A stretch of DNA of 64,000 nt from an uncultured delta proteobacterium (GCA_963822965.1 CAWGJT010000005.1:1568001-1632000); one strand, 5' to 3'; shown: positions 28,349 to 38,158, counted from the first letter of the stretch. Translations and numbers: made by a program. Notes: generated by a model not told the origin, from the sequence alone.

Positions 28349-29242
28349 ATGAGCCTCACCCTCGGCGCCGTCTTCCCCACCACCGAGATCGGCAACGATC
28401 CGGCGGCGATCCGCGACTGGGCGCAGACCGCGGAAGCCCTCGGCTACCGGCACATGATCACCTACGACCACGTGCTCGGGGCGGTGCACGCGGACCGGGA
28501 CCCGAAGCTGACCGGACCCTACACGGAGAGCGATCCCTTCCACGAGCCCTTCGTGCTCTTCGGCTATCTGGCCGGGGTCACCCGCACCCTCGGCCTCACG
28601 ACCGGGGTGGTCATCCTTCCCCAGCGACAGACGGCGCTCGTCGCCAAGCAGGCCGTCGAGATCGACGTCCTCTCGGGCGGGCGACTGCGGCTCGGCGTGG
28701 GCACCGGCTGGAACTGGGTCGAGTACCAGGCCCTGGGCCAGCGCTTCGACGATCGCGGCAAGCGCTTCGACGAGCAGGTCGAATTGCTGCGGCGGCTGTG
28801 GCGCGAGCCCGTGGTCGACTTCGATGGCCGCTACCACCGCATCGACCGCGCCGGGCTGCTGCCGCTCCCCGGCCGCGAGATTCCCCTGTGGTTCGGCGCC
28901 TTGAGCGAGGTGGCGCTCCGGCGCGCGGCCCGGGTCGGCGACGGCGTCCTCTACGGCACCCGACCGAGCCGCGTGAAGCGCCTGCACGAGAAGCTGAAGG
29001 AGCACGTGGCCCAGGCGGGACGGGGCGCGGAGAGCGTCGGTGCGGAGGCGGTGCTCGACTTCGCCGACGGTCCCGACGTCTGGCACGCGGAGATCGCGCT
29101 CTGGAAGGAGCTCGGCGGCACCCATCTCTCGATCCGCGCCATGGACACCGGCGCCGAGCTCATCGGAACCCGGCGCATGGGCTACCAGGGCCCCGGCGAC
29201 TACATCCGGGCCCTCGAAACCTTCCGGAAGGAGATCGGCTGA
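28349..29242 (+). CDS. LLM-class (probably F420-dependent) oxidoreductase
   Basis: AEALGY...YDHV, TGVVILPQRQTALVAKQA, SGGRLRLGVGTGW, ALRRAARVGDG. Confidence 0.88.
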   Translation: MSLTLGAVFPTTEIGNDPAAIRDWAQTAEALGYRHMITYDHVLGAVHADRDPKLTGPYTESDPFHEPFVLFGYLAGVTRTLGLTTGVVILPQRQTALVAKQAVEIDVLSGGRLRLGVGTGWNWVEYQALGQRFDDRGKRFDEQVELLRRLWREPVVDFDGRYHRIDRAGLLPLPGREIPLWFGALSEVALRRAARVGDGVLYGTRPSRVKRLHEKLKEHVAQAGRGAESVGAEAVLDFADGPDVWHAEIALWKELGGTHLSIRAMDTGAELIGTRRMGYQGPGDYIRALETFRKEIG

Positions 29243-30252
29243 TGCAGGAAGCACAGGGTGAGTACCGGATCTACGGGGCCGAGGTGTCCCCCTACTCGGT
29301 CAAGGTGCGCTCGTACTTCCGCTACAAGGGCATCCCGCACCGGTGGATCGTGCGCAGCGCGGCCACCCAGGCCGAGTCGATGAAGTACGCGAAGCTTCCG
29401 CTGATTCCCATCGTCGCCACCCCCGAAGACGAGGGTCTCCAGGACTCGACGCCCATCATCGAAGCCCTCGAGGACCGCTTTCCCGAGCCGAGCATCCACC
29501 CCGACGACCCGGCGCTCGCCTTCCTGTCGGCGCTCGTCGAGGAGTTCGGCGACGAGTGGGGCAACAAGTGGATGTTCCACTATCGCTGGGCGCGGGAGGC
29601 GGACCAGGACTCCGCGGCGGAGCGTATCGTCCGCACCATGATGCCGGACGCCGAAGGCGAGCAGCTCGCGGGCATGGTGGCGAACATCAAGAGCCGCATG
29701 GTGGATCGCGTCTGGTTCGTGGGCTCGAACGAACGCACCGCACCGCAGATCGAGGCGTCGTTCCGGGAGACGATCGACCTGCTGGACACCCACCTGGCCG
29801 GGCGCCCGTTCCTGTTCGGCAAGCGGCCCGCGTTCGGCGACTTCGGGCTCTGGGGGCAGATCTACAACTGCCACACCGACCCGACCGCCGGAGCCCTGCT
29901 CGACGAGCACGCGCCGCACGTCGTGGCCTGGTGCGAGCGCATGCTGGAGCCCAAGGCCGAGGGGCCCTTCGAGAGCTGGGACGCGCTGGCGCCCACCCTG
30001 GCGCCCGTCCTCGAGCGCCAGGTGGGGCGGCTCTTCCTGCCCTGGTCCGACGCCAACGCGAAGGCCATCGCCGCGGGCGAGGAGGAGCTCCGCGTCTCGC
30101 TGGGCGGGCAGACGTGGGACCAGAAGCCGCAGAAGTACCACGCCCGCTCGCTGTCTGCGTTGCGCCGCCGCTACCGCACGGTGGCCGACCGGTCGGCCCT
30201 CGACCCGATCCTCGAGCGCACGGGATGCCTCGTCTGGCTGCAGGCCGAGTGA
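29242..30252 (+). CDS. Glutathione S-transferase family protein
   Basis: SPYSVKVRSYFRYKGIP, DSTPIIEALE, DEWGNKWMFHYRW, PFLFGKRPAFGDF; TGATG coupling to the LLM gene. Confidence 0.88.
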   Translation: MQEAQGEYRIYGAEVSPYSVKVRSYFRYKGIPHRWIVRSAATQAESMKYAKLPLIPIVATPEDEGLQDSTPIIEALEDRFPEPSIHPDDPALAFLSALVEEFGDEWGNKWMFHYRWAREADQDSAAERIVRTMMPDAEGEQLAGMVANIKSRMVDRVWFVGSNERTAPQIEASFRETIDLLDTHLAGRPFLFGKRPAFGDFGLWGQIYNCHTDPTAGALLDEHAPHVVAWCERMLEPKAEGPFESWDALAPTLAPVLERQVGRLFLPWSDANAKAIAAGEEELRVSLGGQTWDQKPQKYHARSLSALRRRYRTVADRSALDPILERTGCLVWLQAE

Positions 30253-30277
30253 CTCCGGCGCACGCGAGCGCCCGCCG

Positions 30278-31315
30278 TCAGGCGAAGAGGGCCTCGCAGC
30301 CCGTGCCCGCCAGCACCGCGTCGACCGCGGTGCGATCGGGCGGCGCCAGCGCCTGGTAGTCGGCGCGCAGCCAGCGCAGGCACTTGCCCTGGTAGGGGAA
30401 GGGCTTCTGCACCCACGGCCGTCCGTCGATCGTGCACTCCACCCGCTCGGCGCCGCTCTCGAGAGCAGCGCCGTTCGCGATCAGGAAGGGTGCGTGCACG
30501 CGCCCCACCTCGGCGAGCAGCGCGCGCAGGGTCGCCGGGACGGCGTCTCGCGCGATCCAGCCGTCGTCGCCCCACTCGAAGCCGGAGAGATCTTCCACCA
30601 CCTCCACCCACGCCACGACCCGGGGCGAGATCTCGAGGGCCAGGGCCGCACTCGTCGGATCGAAGAGAGCCAGCTGGGTGAGTTGCCCGAAGAGGCCGAA
30701 ATCCGAGCTTCCCGGCCGGCCGCCCATCACGAAGAGGTGCTGGCAGAGATGGGCGTCCAGCAGACGGAGCAGCCGCCGGTAGCTCTCCTCGATCACGGGT
30801 GCCGTCGTCTCGTTCGAGCCCACCACCCAGAGCCGATCGATCTGACGTTGCGCGATCGCCTGCGAGAACTTCGCGATCACGTCGCCCGGCGCGTCGGTGG
30901 CCCGCCACAGGGGCAGGATGGCCGCGGCCTTCTCGATGTCGGCCGGGTAGGACCAGCGGTAGTGGAACATCGCCTTCGTCAGCCACTCGTCCGCGTAGTC
31001 CTCGACGAGAGCGTCGAGGAAGGCCACCACCGGATCCTCGGGCACCACGCTGCGTCCGGACTCCATCTCCTCGAGGCGCCGGATGATCGGCGTCGAATCG
31101 ACGGAGGCCTCGTCTCCCGCGCCGCCCCTTCCGGGAACGACGAGCACCGGCATCAGCTCGACGGCCGTCTTCGGCGTGTCCCGATCGGCGAGGGTGCCCC
31201 GCACCACCCAGCGGTGGGGGATGCGTCGATAGCGAAGGACGGCGCGGAGCTTCCGGCTGTAGGGCGAGCCGGGGGCGCCGACGATCCGCAGGGGGTTCGA
31301 GGGGTCGATGCTCAT
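30278..31315 (-). CDS. Glutathione S-transferase family protein (paralog of 29242-30252)
   Basis: SPYSRKLRAVLRYRRIP, DSTPIIRRLE, DEWLTKAMFHYRW, FVMGGRPGSSDF. Confidence 0.88.
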   Translation of the reverse strand: MSIDPSNPLRIVGAPGSPYSRKLRAVLRYRRIPHRWVVRGTLADRDTPKTAVELMPVLVVPGRGGAGDEASVDSTPIIRRLEEMESGRSVVPEDPVVAFLDALVEDYADEWLTKAMFHYRWSYPADIEKAAAILPLWRATDAPGDVIAKFSQAIAQRQIDRLWVVGSNETTAPVIEESYRRLLRLLDAHLCQHLFVMGGRPGSSDFGLFGQLTQLALFDPTSAALALEISPRVVAWVEVVEDLSGFEWGDDGWIARDAVPATLRALLAEVGRVHAPFLIANGAALESGAERVECTIDGRPWVQKPFPYQGKCLRWLRADYQALAPPDRTAVDAVLAGTGCEALFA

Positions 31316-31374
31316 CGCGGGCTCCTGGACTCGCTCGGGACCGACGGCGGCGCCGAGCCGCGCGGATTCTACCT

Positions 31375-31395
31375 ATTGGCACTCTTCCTGCCAAT
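31375..31395. promoter_or_regulatory. Palindromic operator / sigma54-like site between the divergent GST and ino1 genes
   Basis: ATTGGCA-N7-TGCCAAT; the plus strand reads TGGCAC-N5-CTGC with GG-N10-GC spacing. Confidence 0.45.
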
Positions 31396-31523
31396 TACTC
31401 CGGCCACGGACGGCCCGTCGGCGGAACCCCCCGCCGCGGCAGGGCGATCGACTCCCCGGGCTCTCGCGAACGGCCGAGAGTATGTCACCCTAGCGGCCCC
31501 GACCGATCCCACAGGAGGCGTCG

Positions 31524-32666
31524 ATGGCGCAAGTCGGATCCATCGGTACCGGCAACGTCGGCAGGCAGAAGCTCCGCCTCGCCATCGTCGGCGTCGGCAA
31601 CTGCGCCAGCTCCCTGGTGCAGGGCATCCACTACTACCGCGACAAGCAGCCCGCGGACGCGGTGGGGCTCCTCAACTGGGAGATCGGCGGCTACCGCCCC
31701 TTCGATCTCGAGGTGGTGGCGGCCTTCGACGTGGACGTCCGCAAGGTGGGCAAGGACGTCGCCCAGGCGATCTTCCAGCCGCCGAACTGCACCATCGTGT
31801 TCCAGCCCGAGGTGCCGAAGACGGGCGTCGACGTGCGCATGGGCCGCGTGCTCGACGGCATCGCGGACCACATGCTGGACTACCCCACCGCTCGCACCTT
31901 CCTGCGCTCCGACGACCCGGAGCCCACCGCGCGAGAGATCGTCGAATGCCTGCGCGAGTCGGGCACCGACGTGCTCGTCAACTACCTGCCCGTGGGCTCC
32001 GAGCAGGCCGCTCGCTTCTACGCGGAGTGCGCCCTCGAGGCGGGGGTCGCGCTGGTCAACTGCATCCCCGTGTTCATCGCGAGCGACCCGGCCTTCGCGG
32101 CGCGCTTCGCCGAGCGCGGGCTGCCCATCGTGGGGGACGACATCAAGGCCCAGCTCGGCGCCACCATCACCCACCGGACCCTCACGGACCTGTTCCGCGC
32201 CCGGGGCGTGAAGCTCGACCACACCTACCAGCTGAACACGGGCGGCAACACCGACTTCCTGAACATGCTGAACCGGAGCCGGCTGGCGTCGAAGAAGGAG
32301 TCGAAGACCGAGGCCGTGCAGTCCGTCGCCGCCGAGCGCCTGCGGGACGAGGACATCCACGTGGGACCGAGCGACTACGTGGCCTGGCAGAACGACAACA
32401 AGGTGTGCTTCCTGCGCATGGAGGGGCGGCTCTTCGGCGACGTTCCGATGAACATCGAGCTGCGGCTCTCCGTCGAGGATTCGCCCAACTCGGCCGGCGT
32501 CGCCATCGACGCCATCCGCTGCGCGAAGCTGGCTCGGGACCGCGGCCTGGGCGGCGTGCTGCATTCGGCTTCGTCGTGGCTGATGAAGCACCCGCCGCAG
32601 CAGCTCACGGACACCCTCGCCGCCGAACGCGTGCGAGCCTTCATCGCGGGAGAGCGGAACGACTGA
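31524..32666 (+). CDS. ino1: myo-inositol-1-phosphate synthase
   Basis: GVGNCASSLVQG, NYLPVGSEQA, GDDIKAQLGAT, QLNTGGNTDFLNM, SKKESKT, GPSDYV, EDSPNSAG. Confidence 0.95.
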   Translation: MAQVGSIGTGNVGRQKLRLAIVGVGNCASSLVQGIHYYRDKQPADAVGLLNWEIGGYRPFDLEVVAAFDVDVRKVGKDVAQAIFQPPNCTIVFQPEVPKTGVDVRMGRVLDGIADHMLDYPTARTFLRSDDPEPTAREIVECLRESGTDVLVNYLPVGSEQAARFYAECALEAGVALVNCIPVFIASDPAFAARFAERGLPIVGDDIKAQLGATITHRTLTDLFRARGVKLDHTYQLNTGGNTDFLNMLNRSRLASKKESKTEAVQSVAAERLRDEDIHVGPSDYVAWQNDNKVCFLRMEGRLFGDVPMNIELRLSVEDSPNSAGVAIDAIRCAKLARDRGLGGVLHSASSWLMKHPPQQLTDTLAAERVRAFIAGERND

Positions 32667-32744
32667 AGTCGCGGGAGAACGGGGCGGCCGAAGTCGCGGG
32701 AGAACGGGGCGGCCGAAGTCGCGGGAGAACGGGACGGCCGAAGC
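32665..32744. repeat. 25-bp tandem repeat (three full copies plus a partial one)
   Basis: GAAGTCGCGGGAGAACGGGGCGGCC at 32665, 32690 and 32715 (third copy has one substitution), then GAAGC; no spacers. Confidence 0.9.
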
Positions 32745-32746
32745 GC

Positions 32747-33901
32747 TCAGCGTCCCTCGGCGAGCACCGCCTTCGCAATGGTGTTGAGCTGCATGAAGGT
32801 GGTGCCCTCGTAGATCTGCGCCACCTTCGCGTCGCGCAGGTACTTCTCGGCCATGCACTCCTTGGTGACGCCGATCCCGCCGTAGACGTCCACGCAGCGG
32901 CTCGCCACGGACTCGGCTGCGCGGCTCGCCACCAGCTTCGTCATCGCGCCTTCCCGCGCGAACGGGAGGCCCGCCTCACGACGCCGGGCGGCGTCGTAGA
33001 CGTGCAGCCGCACGCTGGAGACGTCCGTCGCGCACTCCGCCAGCAGGTGCTGGATGGCCTGGAACTCGGCGATCTTCTGCCCGAAGGCCTCGCGCTCCTT
33101 CGCGTAGGCGACGGCGCCCTCGAGGGCGCCCGTGGCCAGCCCGAGCATCTGCGCCCCGATGCCGATGCGACCCTCGTTGAGCGTCTCGATGGCCAGCTTG
33201 TAGCCCTGGCCGACCGCGCCCAGCACGTTGGACTCGGGCACCACGACACCGTCTAGCACCACCTCGCAGGTGCTCGACGCTCGCACCCCGAGCTTGTCCT
33301 CCTTGCGGCCGATGGTGAGGCCGGGCATGTCGCGCTCGACCACGAAGGCCGTGATGCCGCGGTAGCCCTTCTCCCGATCGGCGTTCGCGAACACCACGTA
33401 GAGACCGGCCTCGAAGGCGTTCGAGATCCAGAGCTTTCGACCCGAGAGCCGGTAGCCGTCCGCGCAACGCTCGGCCACCGTCTGCAGCGCGAAGGCGTCG
33501 CTGCCGGAACCCGCCTCGGAGAGCGCGTAGGAGCCGATCGTGTCCTTGGCGAGCCGCGGCAGGAATCGCTTCTTCTGGTCCTCGTTTCCCCAGCGCAGGA
33601 ACTGGTTCACCACGAGGGTGTTCTGCACGTCCACCGGGATGGCCGCCGCGGGGTCCACCCGCGAGAGCTCCTCGATGGCGAGGATCGACATGAAGAAGGT
33701 CGCGCCGGCGCCGCCGTACTCCTCGGGGATCTCGATGCCCATCAAGCCCAGCTCGAACATCTCGTCGAGCAGGTCGCGGGGCTGCGCGGCGGCGCGCTCC
33801 ATCTCCTCGACACGGGGCCGGATGCGGTCCTCGGCGAACTCCCGGACGGTCGACCGGAAGATCTCCTCTTCCTCGCTGAGCTGGGTGACGGGCTGGCCCA
33901 T
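32747..33901 (-). CDS. Acyl-CoA dehydrogenase (short/branched-chain type)
   Basis: ALSEAGSGSDA, GRKLWISN, KLGVRASST, LNEGRIGIGAQ, RDAKVAQIYEGT. Confidence 0.93.
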   Translation of the reverse strand: MGQPVTQLSEEEEIFRSTVREFAEDRIRPRVEEMERAAAQPRDLLDEMFELGLMGIEIPEEYGGAGATFFMSILAIEELSRVDPAAAIPVDVQNTLVVNQFLRWGNEDQKKRFLPRLAKDTIGSYALSEAGSGSDAFALQTVAERCADGYRLSGRKLWISNAFEAGLYVVFANADREKGYRGITAFVVERDMPGLTIGRKEDKLGVRASSTCEVVLDGVVVPESNVLGAVGQGYKLAIETLNEGRIGIGAQMLGLATGALEGAVAYAKEREAFGQKIAEFQAIQHLLAECATDVSSVRLHVYDAARRREAGLPFAREGAMTKLVASRAAESVASRCVDVYGGIGVTKECMAEKYLRDAKVAQIYEGTTFMQLNTIAKAVLAEGR

Positions 33902-33967
33902 GGAGGGCGACTATCGCATGATTCGGGCGGCCGATCGAGACCCGAGCGGCGAAGGCGGAGGCCCCCC

Positions 33968-34816
33968 ATGACGTCGCTGCACGTGGAACCCCTGTCCGGA
34001 AACCTGGGCGCCGAAATCCGCGGCGTCGACCTGTCCCGCCACCTGGACGACGCGCTCTTCGGGGCGATCCACCGTGCCTTCCTCGACCACGCGGTGATCG
34101 TGTTCCGCGACCAGCAGCTCACCCACGAGACGCAGATCGAGTTCGCCCGCCGCTTCGGCTCGCTGGACGTCCATCCGATCGCCATCGGGATGACCGAGCA
34201 CCCCGAGATCATCCGGGTGTGGAAGCCGGCCGGGGAGCGGGCCTCCTTCGGCACGAGCTGGCACTCGGACAACACCTTCTTCCCCGAGCCCAGCAAGGCG
34301 ACGGTGCTCTACGGCGTGACCATCCCGCCCTACGGGGGGGACACCCTCTGGGCCTCGATGGAGCGCGCCTACGACGTGCTGTCGCCGGGCATGAAGAAGA
34401 TGCTCGAGGGTCTCGTGGCCGTGCACAGCGCCTCGCGCGCCTACGACCCCGCGGTGACCGGCGAGGCCAAGTACCGGGGCGAGGCGGCCATCAACTACCA
34501 CTACTCCGAGGTGATCGGCGAGGAGGTCGACCACCCGGTCGTCCGCACGCACCCCGAGACCGGACGCAAGTCGATCTTCGTGAACGCCATGTTCACCCAG
34601 CGAATCGTCGGGCTCTCCCGCGGCGAGAGCGACGCGATCCTCTCGTTCCTCTACACCCATGCCACCCAGCCCGAGTTCACCTGCCGGCTGCGTTGGCAGC
34701 CGGGAACCCTCGTGATGTGGGACAACCGGTGCACCCAGCACTACGCGCTCGACGACTACGAGGGCTTCGACCGGCTCCTGTTCCGCGTCACCGTCTGCGG
34801 CGACCGTCCCGTTTAG
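33968..34816 (+). CDS. TauD/TfdA family Fe(II)/2-oxoglutarate dioxygenase
   Basis: WHSDNTF (HxD), GGDTLWASM, HPVVRTHPETGRK, WDNRCTQHYA. Confidence 0.92.
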   Translation: MTSLHVEPLSGNLGAEIRGVDLSRHLDDALFGAIHRAFLDHAVIVFRDQQLTHETQIEFARRFGSLDVHPIAIGMTEHPEIIRVWKPAGERASFGTSWHSDNTFFPEPSKATVLYGVTIPPYGGDTLWASMERAYDVLSPGMKKMLEGLVAVHSASRAYDPAVTGEAKYRGEAAINYHYSEVIGEEVDHPVVRTHPETGRKSIFVNAMFTQRIVGLSRGESDAILSFLYTHATQPEFTCRLRWQPGTLVMWDNRCTQHYALDDYEGFDRLLFRVTVCGDRPV

Positions 34817-34832
34817 GGCCCTGGGCTTCGGC

Positions 34833-35690
34833 ATGGCAGCCCTTCGCATCCTCGTCGTCGACGCCTACCCGCGCGAGGGGCGGGCGCGGCTCGCGGACGC
34901 CGGCGGGACCGAAGCGGGCGAGCTCTACCGCCGGATCCTCGAACGCGGGGGCAGCGACCTGCGGGTGGAGGTCGTGCACCCGGCAGACGACGAGCGCCCG
35001 GAGGCCCGAGAGCTCGCGGACTACGACGGCGCCTTGTGGACCGGATCCAACCTCTCGGTCCTCGACGCGGACGACCCCCGCGTAGCGCGCCAGATCGATC
35101 TCGCGCGGGAGCTGCTGGCGGCCGGGGTTCCGGGCTTCGGCTCCTGCTTCGCCATCCAGCTCGCCGCCGTGGCGCTCGGCGGACGCTGCGCGGCCAGCCC
35201 GCGCGGCCGGGAGTTCGGCATCTCCCGGCGCATCCGGCTCTCCCCGGACGGGCGCAGCCATCCGCTCTACCGCGACAAGCCCGCGGTCTTCGACGCGTTC
35301 ACGAGCCACGCCGACGAGGTCGTGGCGCTGCCGCCGGGCACCCGGCTGCTGGCCTCGAACGACTGGTCGAACGTGCAGGCGGCGAGCCTCGCCCGGCCGG
35401 CTCCCGACGCCCCCGCTGCCCCCTTCTGGGCCGTGCAATACCATCCGGAGTACGACCTGCACGAGGTGGCGAGCCTGTGCCGCCTGCGGCGCCGGGAGCT
35501 GGTGCAGCAGGGTACCTTCCCGAGCGAGGAGGCCGCCGACGCCTGGGTGGCCGACCTCGAGGCCCTCCACGCCGACCCGGGCCGCAGCGACATCGCCCAG
35601 CATCTGGAGGTGGGCGAGAGTCTGGTCGACGAAGCGGTTCGCACCCGGGAGGTGCGCAACTGGCTCGCGTCGATCAGGGGCCGAGCCTGA
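34833..35690 (+). CDS. Class I glutamine amidotransferase-like protein
   Basis: WTGS, nucleophile elbow GSCFAIQL, SHADEV, VQYHPE. Confidence 0.85.
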   Translation: MAALRILVVDAYPREGRARLADAGGTEAGELYRRILERGGSDLRVEVVHPADDERPEARELADYDGALWTGSNLSVLDADDPRVARQIDLARELLAAGVPGFGSCFAIQLAAVALGGRCAASPRGREFGISRRIRLSPDGRSHPLYRDKPAVFDAFTSHADEVVALPPGTRLLASNDWSNVQAASLARPAPDAPAAPFWAVQYHPEYDLHEVASLCRLRRRELVQQGTFPSEEAADAWVADLEALHADPGRSDIAQHLEVGESLVDEAVRTREVRNWLASIRGRA

Positions 35691-35706
35691 AGCCAGGAGG
35701 ACCGCC

Positions 35707-37329
35707 ATGCAGAGCATTCCGCTTCTCGTCCACCGCCTGCTCGACCGGGGTGCCCTGCTGGCGCCCGAAGAGGAGATCGTGAGCCTCACCGCGGACGGGG
35801 TGCATCGGCAGACCCACGCGCAGACGGCGGCCCGCGCCCGAAGGCTCGCGAGCGCCCTCGCGGCCCACGGCATCGCGCCGGGCGATCGCGTCGCGAGCCT
35901 GCTCTGGAACCACCACCAACACCTCGAGATGTACCAGGCCGTGCCCTCGATGGGCGCGGTGCTCCATACCCTGAACCTGCGGCTCTCGCCGCACGATCTC
36001 GAGTACATCGTGAACCACGCAGCCGACCGGGTGATCGTCCTCGACGAAGACCTGCTGCCGCTGATGGAGCCCCTGGCCGCGAAGCTGCCAACGGTCGAGC
36101 GATGGGTGGTCGTCTCCGAATCCGGACGCTTCGAGACCTCGCTCCCGAACGCGATCGACTACGAGGAATTCATCGCCGGACGGCCCGACACCTTCGAATG
36201 GCCGTGGCTGGACGAGAACGCCCCCCTCGGCCTCTGCTACACGAGCGGCACCACGGGCAATCCCAAGGGCGTGATGTACACCCACCGCTCGACGTATCTG
36301 CACACCATCGCCCAGGCCATGACCGACGCCATGAACCTCTCGGCGACGGACAGCGTGTGCGGCATCGTGCCGATGTTCCACGCGATGGGCTGGGGGCTGC
36401 CCTTCACGGCCACCATGCTCGGCACGAAGCAGGTGTACCTGAGCCGCTACATGACGCCCGAGCGGCTCCTCGACACCATGGTGAGCGAGGAGATCACGGT
36501 CTCGGCGGGGGTGCCCACCATCTGGCAGGGCGTGCGCGCCTGCTTCGAGGCGGAGCCCGGGCGCTGGGACCTGTCTCGGCTCAGCCGGCTCACCTGCGGC
36601 GGCTCGGCTCCGCCGGTGGAGATGATGCGCTGGTACTGGGACACCCTGGGCGTCGAGATGATCCAGGGCTGGGGGATGACCGAGACGAACCCCCTCGGCA
36701 CGCTCTCGCGCCGGGTCGCCAAGCGCTCGCAACGCGACCTCCCCCTGGACGAGCAGTTCGCGAACGTCGCCAAGGCGGGCCTGCCGATTCCGGGGCTCGA
36801 GCTCGAGATCGTGGACGACGCGTTCCGACCGCTTCCCCACGACGGAGAGGCCATGGGTGAGCTGATCATCCGCGGACCCTGGATCTGCGAGGAGTACTAC
36901 CACGACCCGCAGCCCGAGAAGTTCCACGACGGCTGGCTCGTGACCGGCGACATCGCGAAGATCGATCCCGAGCAGTACCTCATCATCGCGGACCGCTCGA
37001 AGGACCTGATCAAGTCCGGCGGCGAGTGGATCTCGTCCGTGGACCTCGAGAACCACATCACCGCGCTCCGGGGCGTGGCCCAGGCGGCGGTCGTCGCCCA
37101 GCCCCACCCCAAGTGGGACGAGCGGCCGGTGGCGCTGGTGGTGCGCGCGCCCGGTGCGCAGGTGACGGCCGAAGACGTGCTGGCCCACTGCGCCAAGGTC
37201 TTCGCGAAGTGGCAGCTGCCCGACGACGTGCTCTTCGTCGAAGCGCTGCCCCTCACGTCGACGGGCAAGCTCGACAAGAAGACGATCCGCGCGGACCTCG
37301 ATGCCCGCGGCTACGCGCTGCCGGGCTGA
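35707..37329 (+). CDS. Medium/long-chain fatty acid-CoA ligase (AlkK/DmdB-like)
   Basis: YTSGTTGNPKG, PMFHAMGWG, QGWGMTET, GWLVTGD, DRSKDLIKSGGEWISS, TGKLDK. Confidence 0.92.
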   Translation: MQSIPLLVHRLLDRGALLAPEEEIVSLTADGVHRQTHAQTAARARRLASALAAHGIAPGDRVASLLWNHHQHLEMYQAVPSMGAVLHTLNLRLSPHDLEYIVNHAADRVIVLDEDLLPLMEPLAAKLPTVERWVVVSESGRFETSLPNAIDYEEFIAGRPDTFEWPWLDENAPLGLCYTSGTTGNPKGVMYTHRSTYLHTIAQAMTDAMNLSATDSVCGIVPMFHAMGWGLPFTATMLGTKQVYLSRYMTPERLLDTMVSEEITVSAGVPTIWQGVRACFEAEPGRWDLSRLSRLTCGGSAPPVEMMRWYWDTLGVEMIQGWGMTETNPLGTLSRRVAKRSQRDLPLDEQFANVAKAGLPIPGLELEIVDDAFRPLPHDGEAMGELIIRGPWICEEYYHDPQPEKFHDGWLVTGDIAKIDPEQYLIIADRSKDLIKSGGEWISSVDLENHITALRGVAQAAVVAQPHPKWDERPVALVVRAPGAQVTAEDVLAHCAKVFAKWQLPDDVLFVEALPLTSTGKLDKKTIRADLDARGYALPG

Positions 37330-37334
37330 CCGGA

Positions 37335-38156
37335 TTGCCGCTCTGCAGCCTGGACGATCTGCTGGCGTGTCTCGACCTGCGCGAGACCGGGCCCGGTCGC
37401 TTCACCGCCCCGAACCTCGAGCTGCCCTACTACCGCATCTTCGGCGGCCAGCTCCTCGCCCAGGCCGTCGCCATCGCGGCGAAGAGCGCGCCGGGCAAGC
37501 AGGTCAAGTCCATCCACGTGACGTTCCCGCGGCCGGGCGACCTGCGGGAGCCCGTGGACTACGCGCTGGAGGCGGTGCAGGACGGACGCACCTTCGCCAC
37601 CCGCAGCCTCCTGGGCAGCCAGGCGGGAAGGCCCATCGTCGCGGCCCTCGTGTCGCTGCACGCGCCCGAGCCCGAGCGCACGGAGACGCTCGACCACCAG
37701 CGGGAGGCGCCGCGCGTCGGTCCGCCGGCCGACGCCCCCGCCCGGGAGCTCAGCATGATTCCCTGGGAGACCCGCATCGTGGGCGGCGTCGATCTCGCCG
37801 ACGAGACGACCGGACCGCCGCGCCTCGAGCTGTGGCAGCGCGCGCGGGAGCTTCCGGACGATCCCGCCGTCCACCAGGGCCTGCTCGCCCACAGCACCGA
37901 CCTCACCCTGATCGGCACCGCCCTTCGCCCCCACCCGGGCGTGAGCGAGGCTCACTCGCCGGAGCGCCTCCAGACGGCGGTCACGAGCCACACCGTGTGG
38001 TTCCACCGGCCGTTCCGGATGGACGAGTGGATCCTGCTCTCCCAGGAGAGCCCGGTCCTCGCGGGCGGCCGCGGCTTCGGGACGGGCCACGCCTTCAACG
38101 AGGCCGGCGCGCTGGTCGCCTCCTTCGCCCAGGAGTCCCTGGTCCGCCCGGCCTGA
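37335..38156 (+). CDS. tesB: Acyl-CoA thioesterase II family
   Basis: RIFGGQLLAQA, DGRTFATR, SHTVWFHRPF, LVASFAQESLVR. Start codon uncertain (TTG 37335). Confidence 0.85.
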   Translation: MPLCSLDDLLACLDLRETGPGRFTAPNLELPYYRIFGGQLLAQAVAIAAKSAPGKQVKSIHVTFPRPGDLREPVDYALEAVQDGRTFATRSLLGSQAGRPIVAALVSLHAPEPERTETLDHQREAPRVGPPADAPARELSMIPWETRIVGGVDLADETTGPPRLELWQRARELPDDPAVHQGLLAHSTDLTLIGTALRPHPGVSEAHSPERLQTAVTSHTVWFHRPFRMDEWILLSQESPVLAGGRGFGTGHAFNEAGALVASFAQESLVRPA

Positions 38157-38158
38157 CC

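Noticed and set aside
32665..32744. Possible CRISPR array
   Set aside because: The 25-bp units are directly adjacent with no unique spacers, and there are no cas genes in the window.
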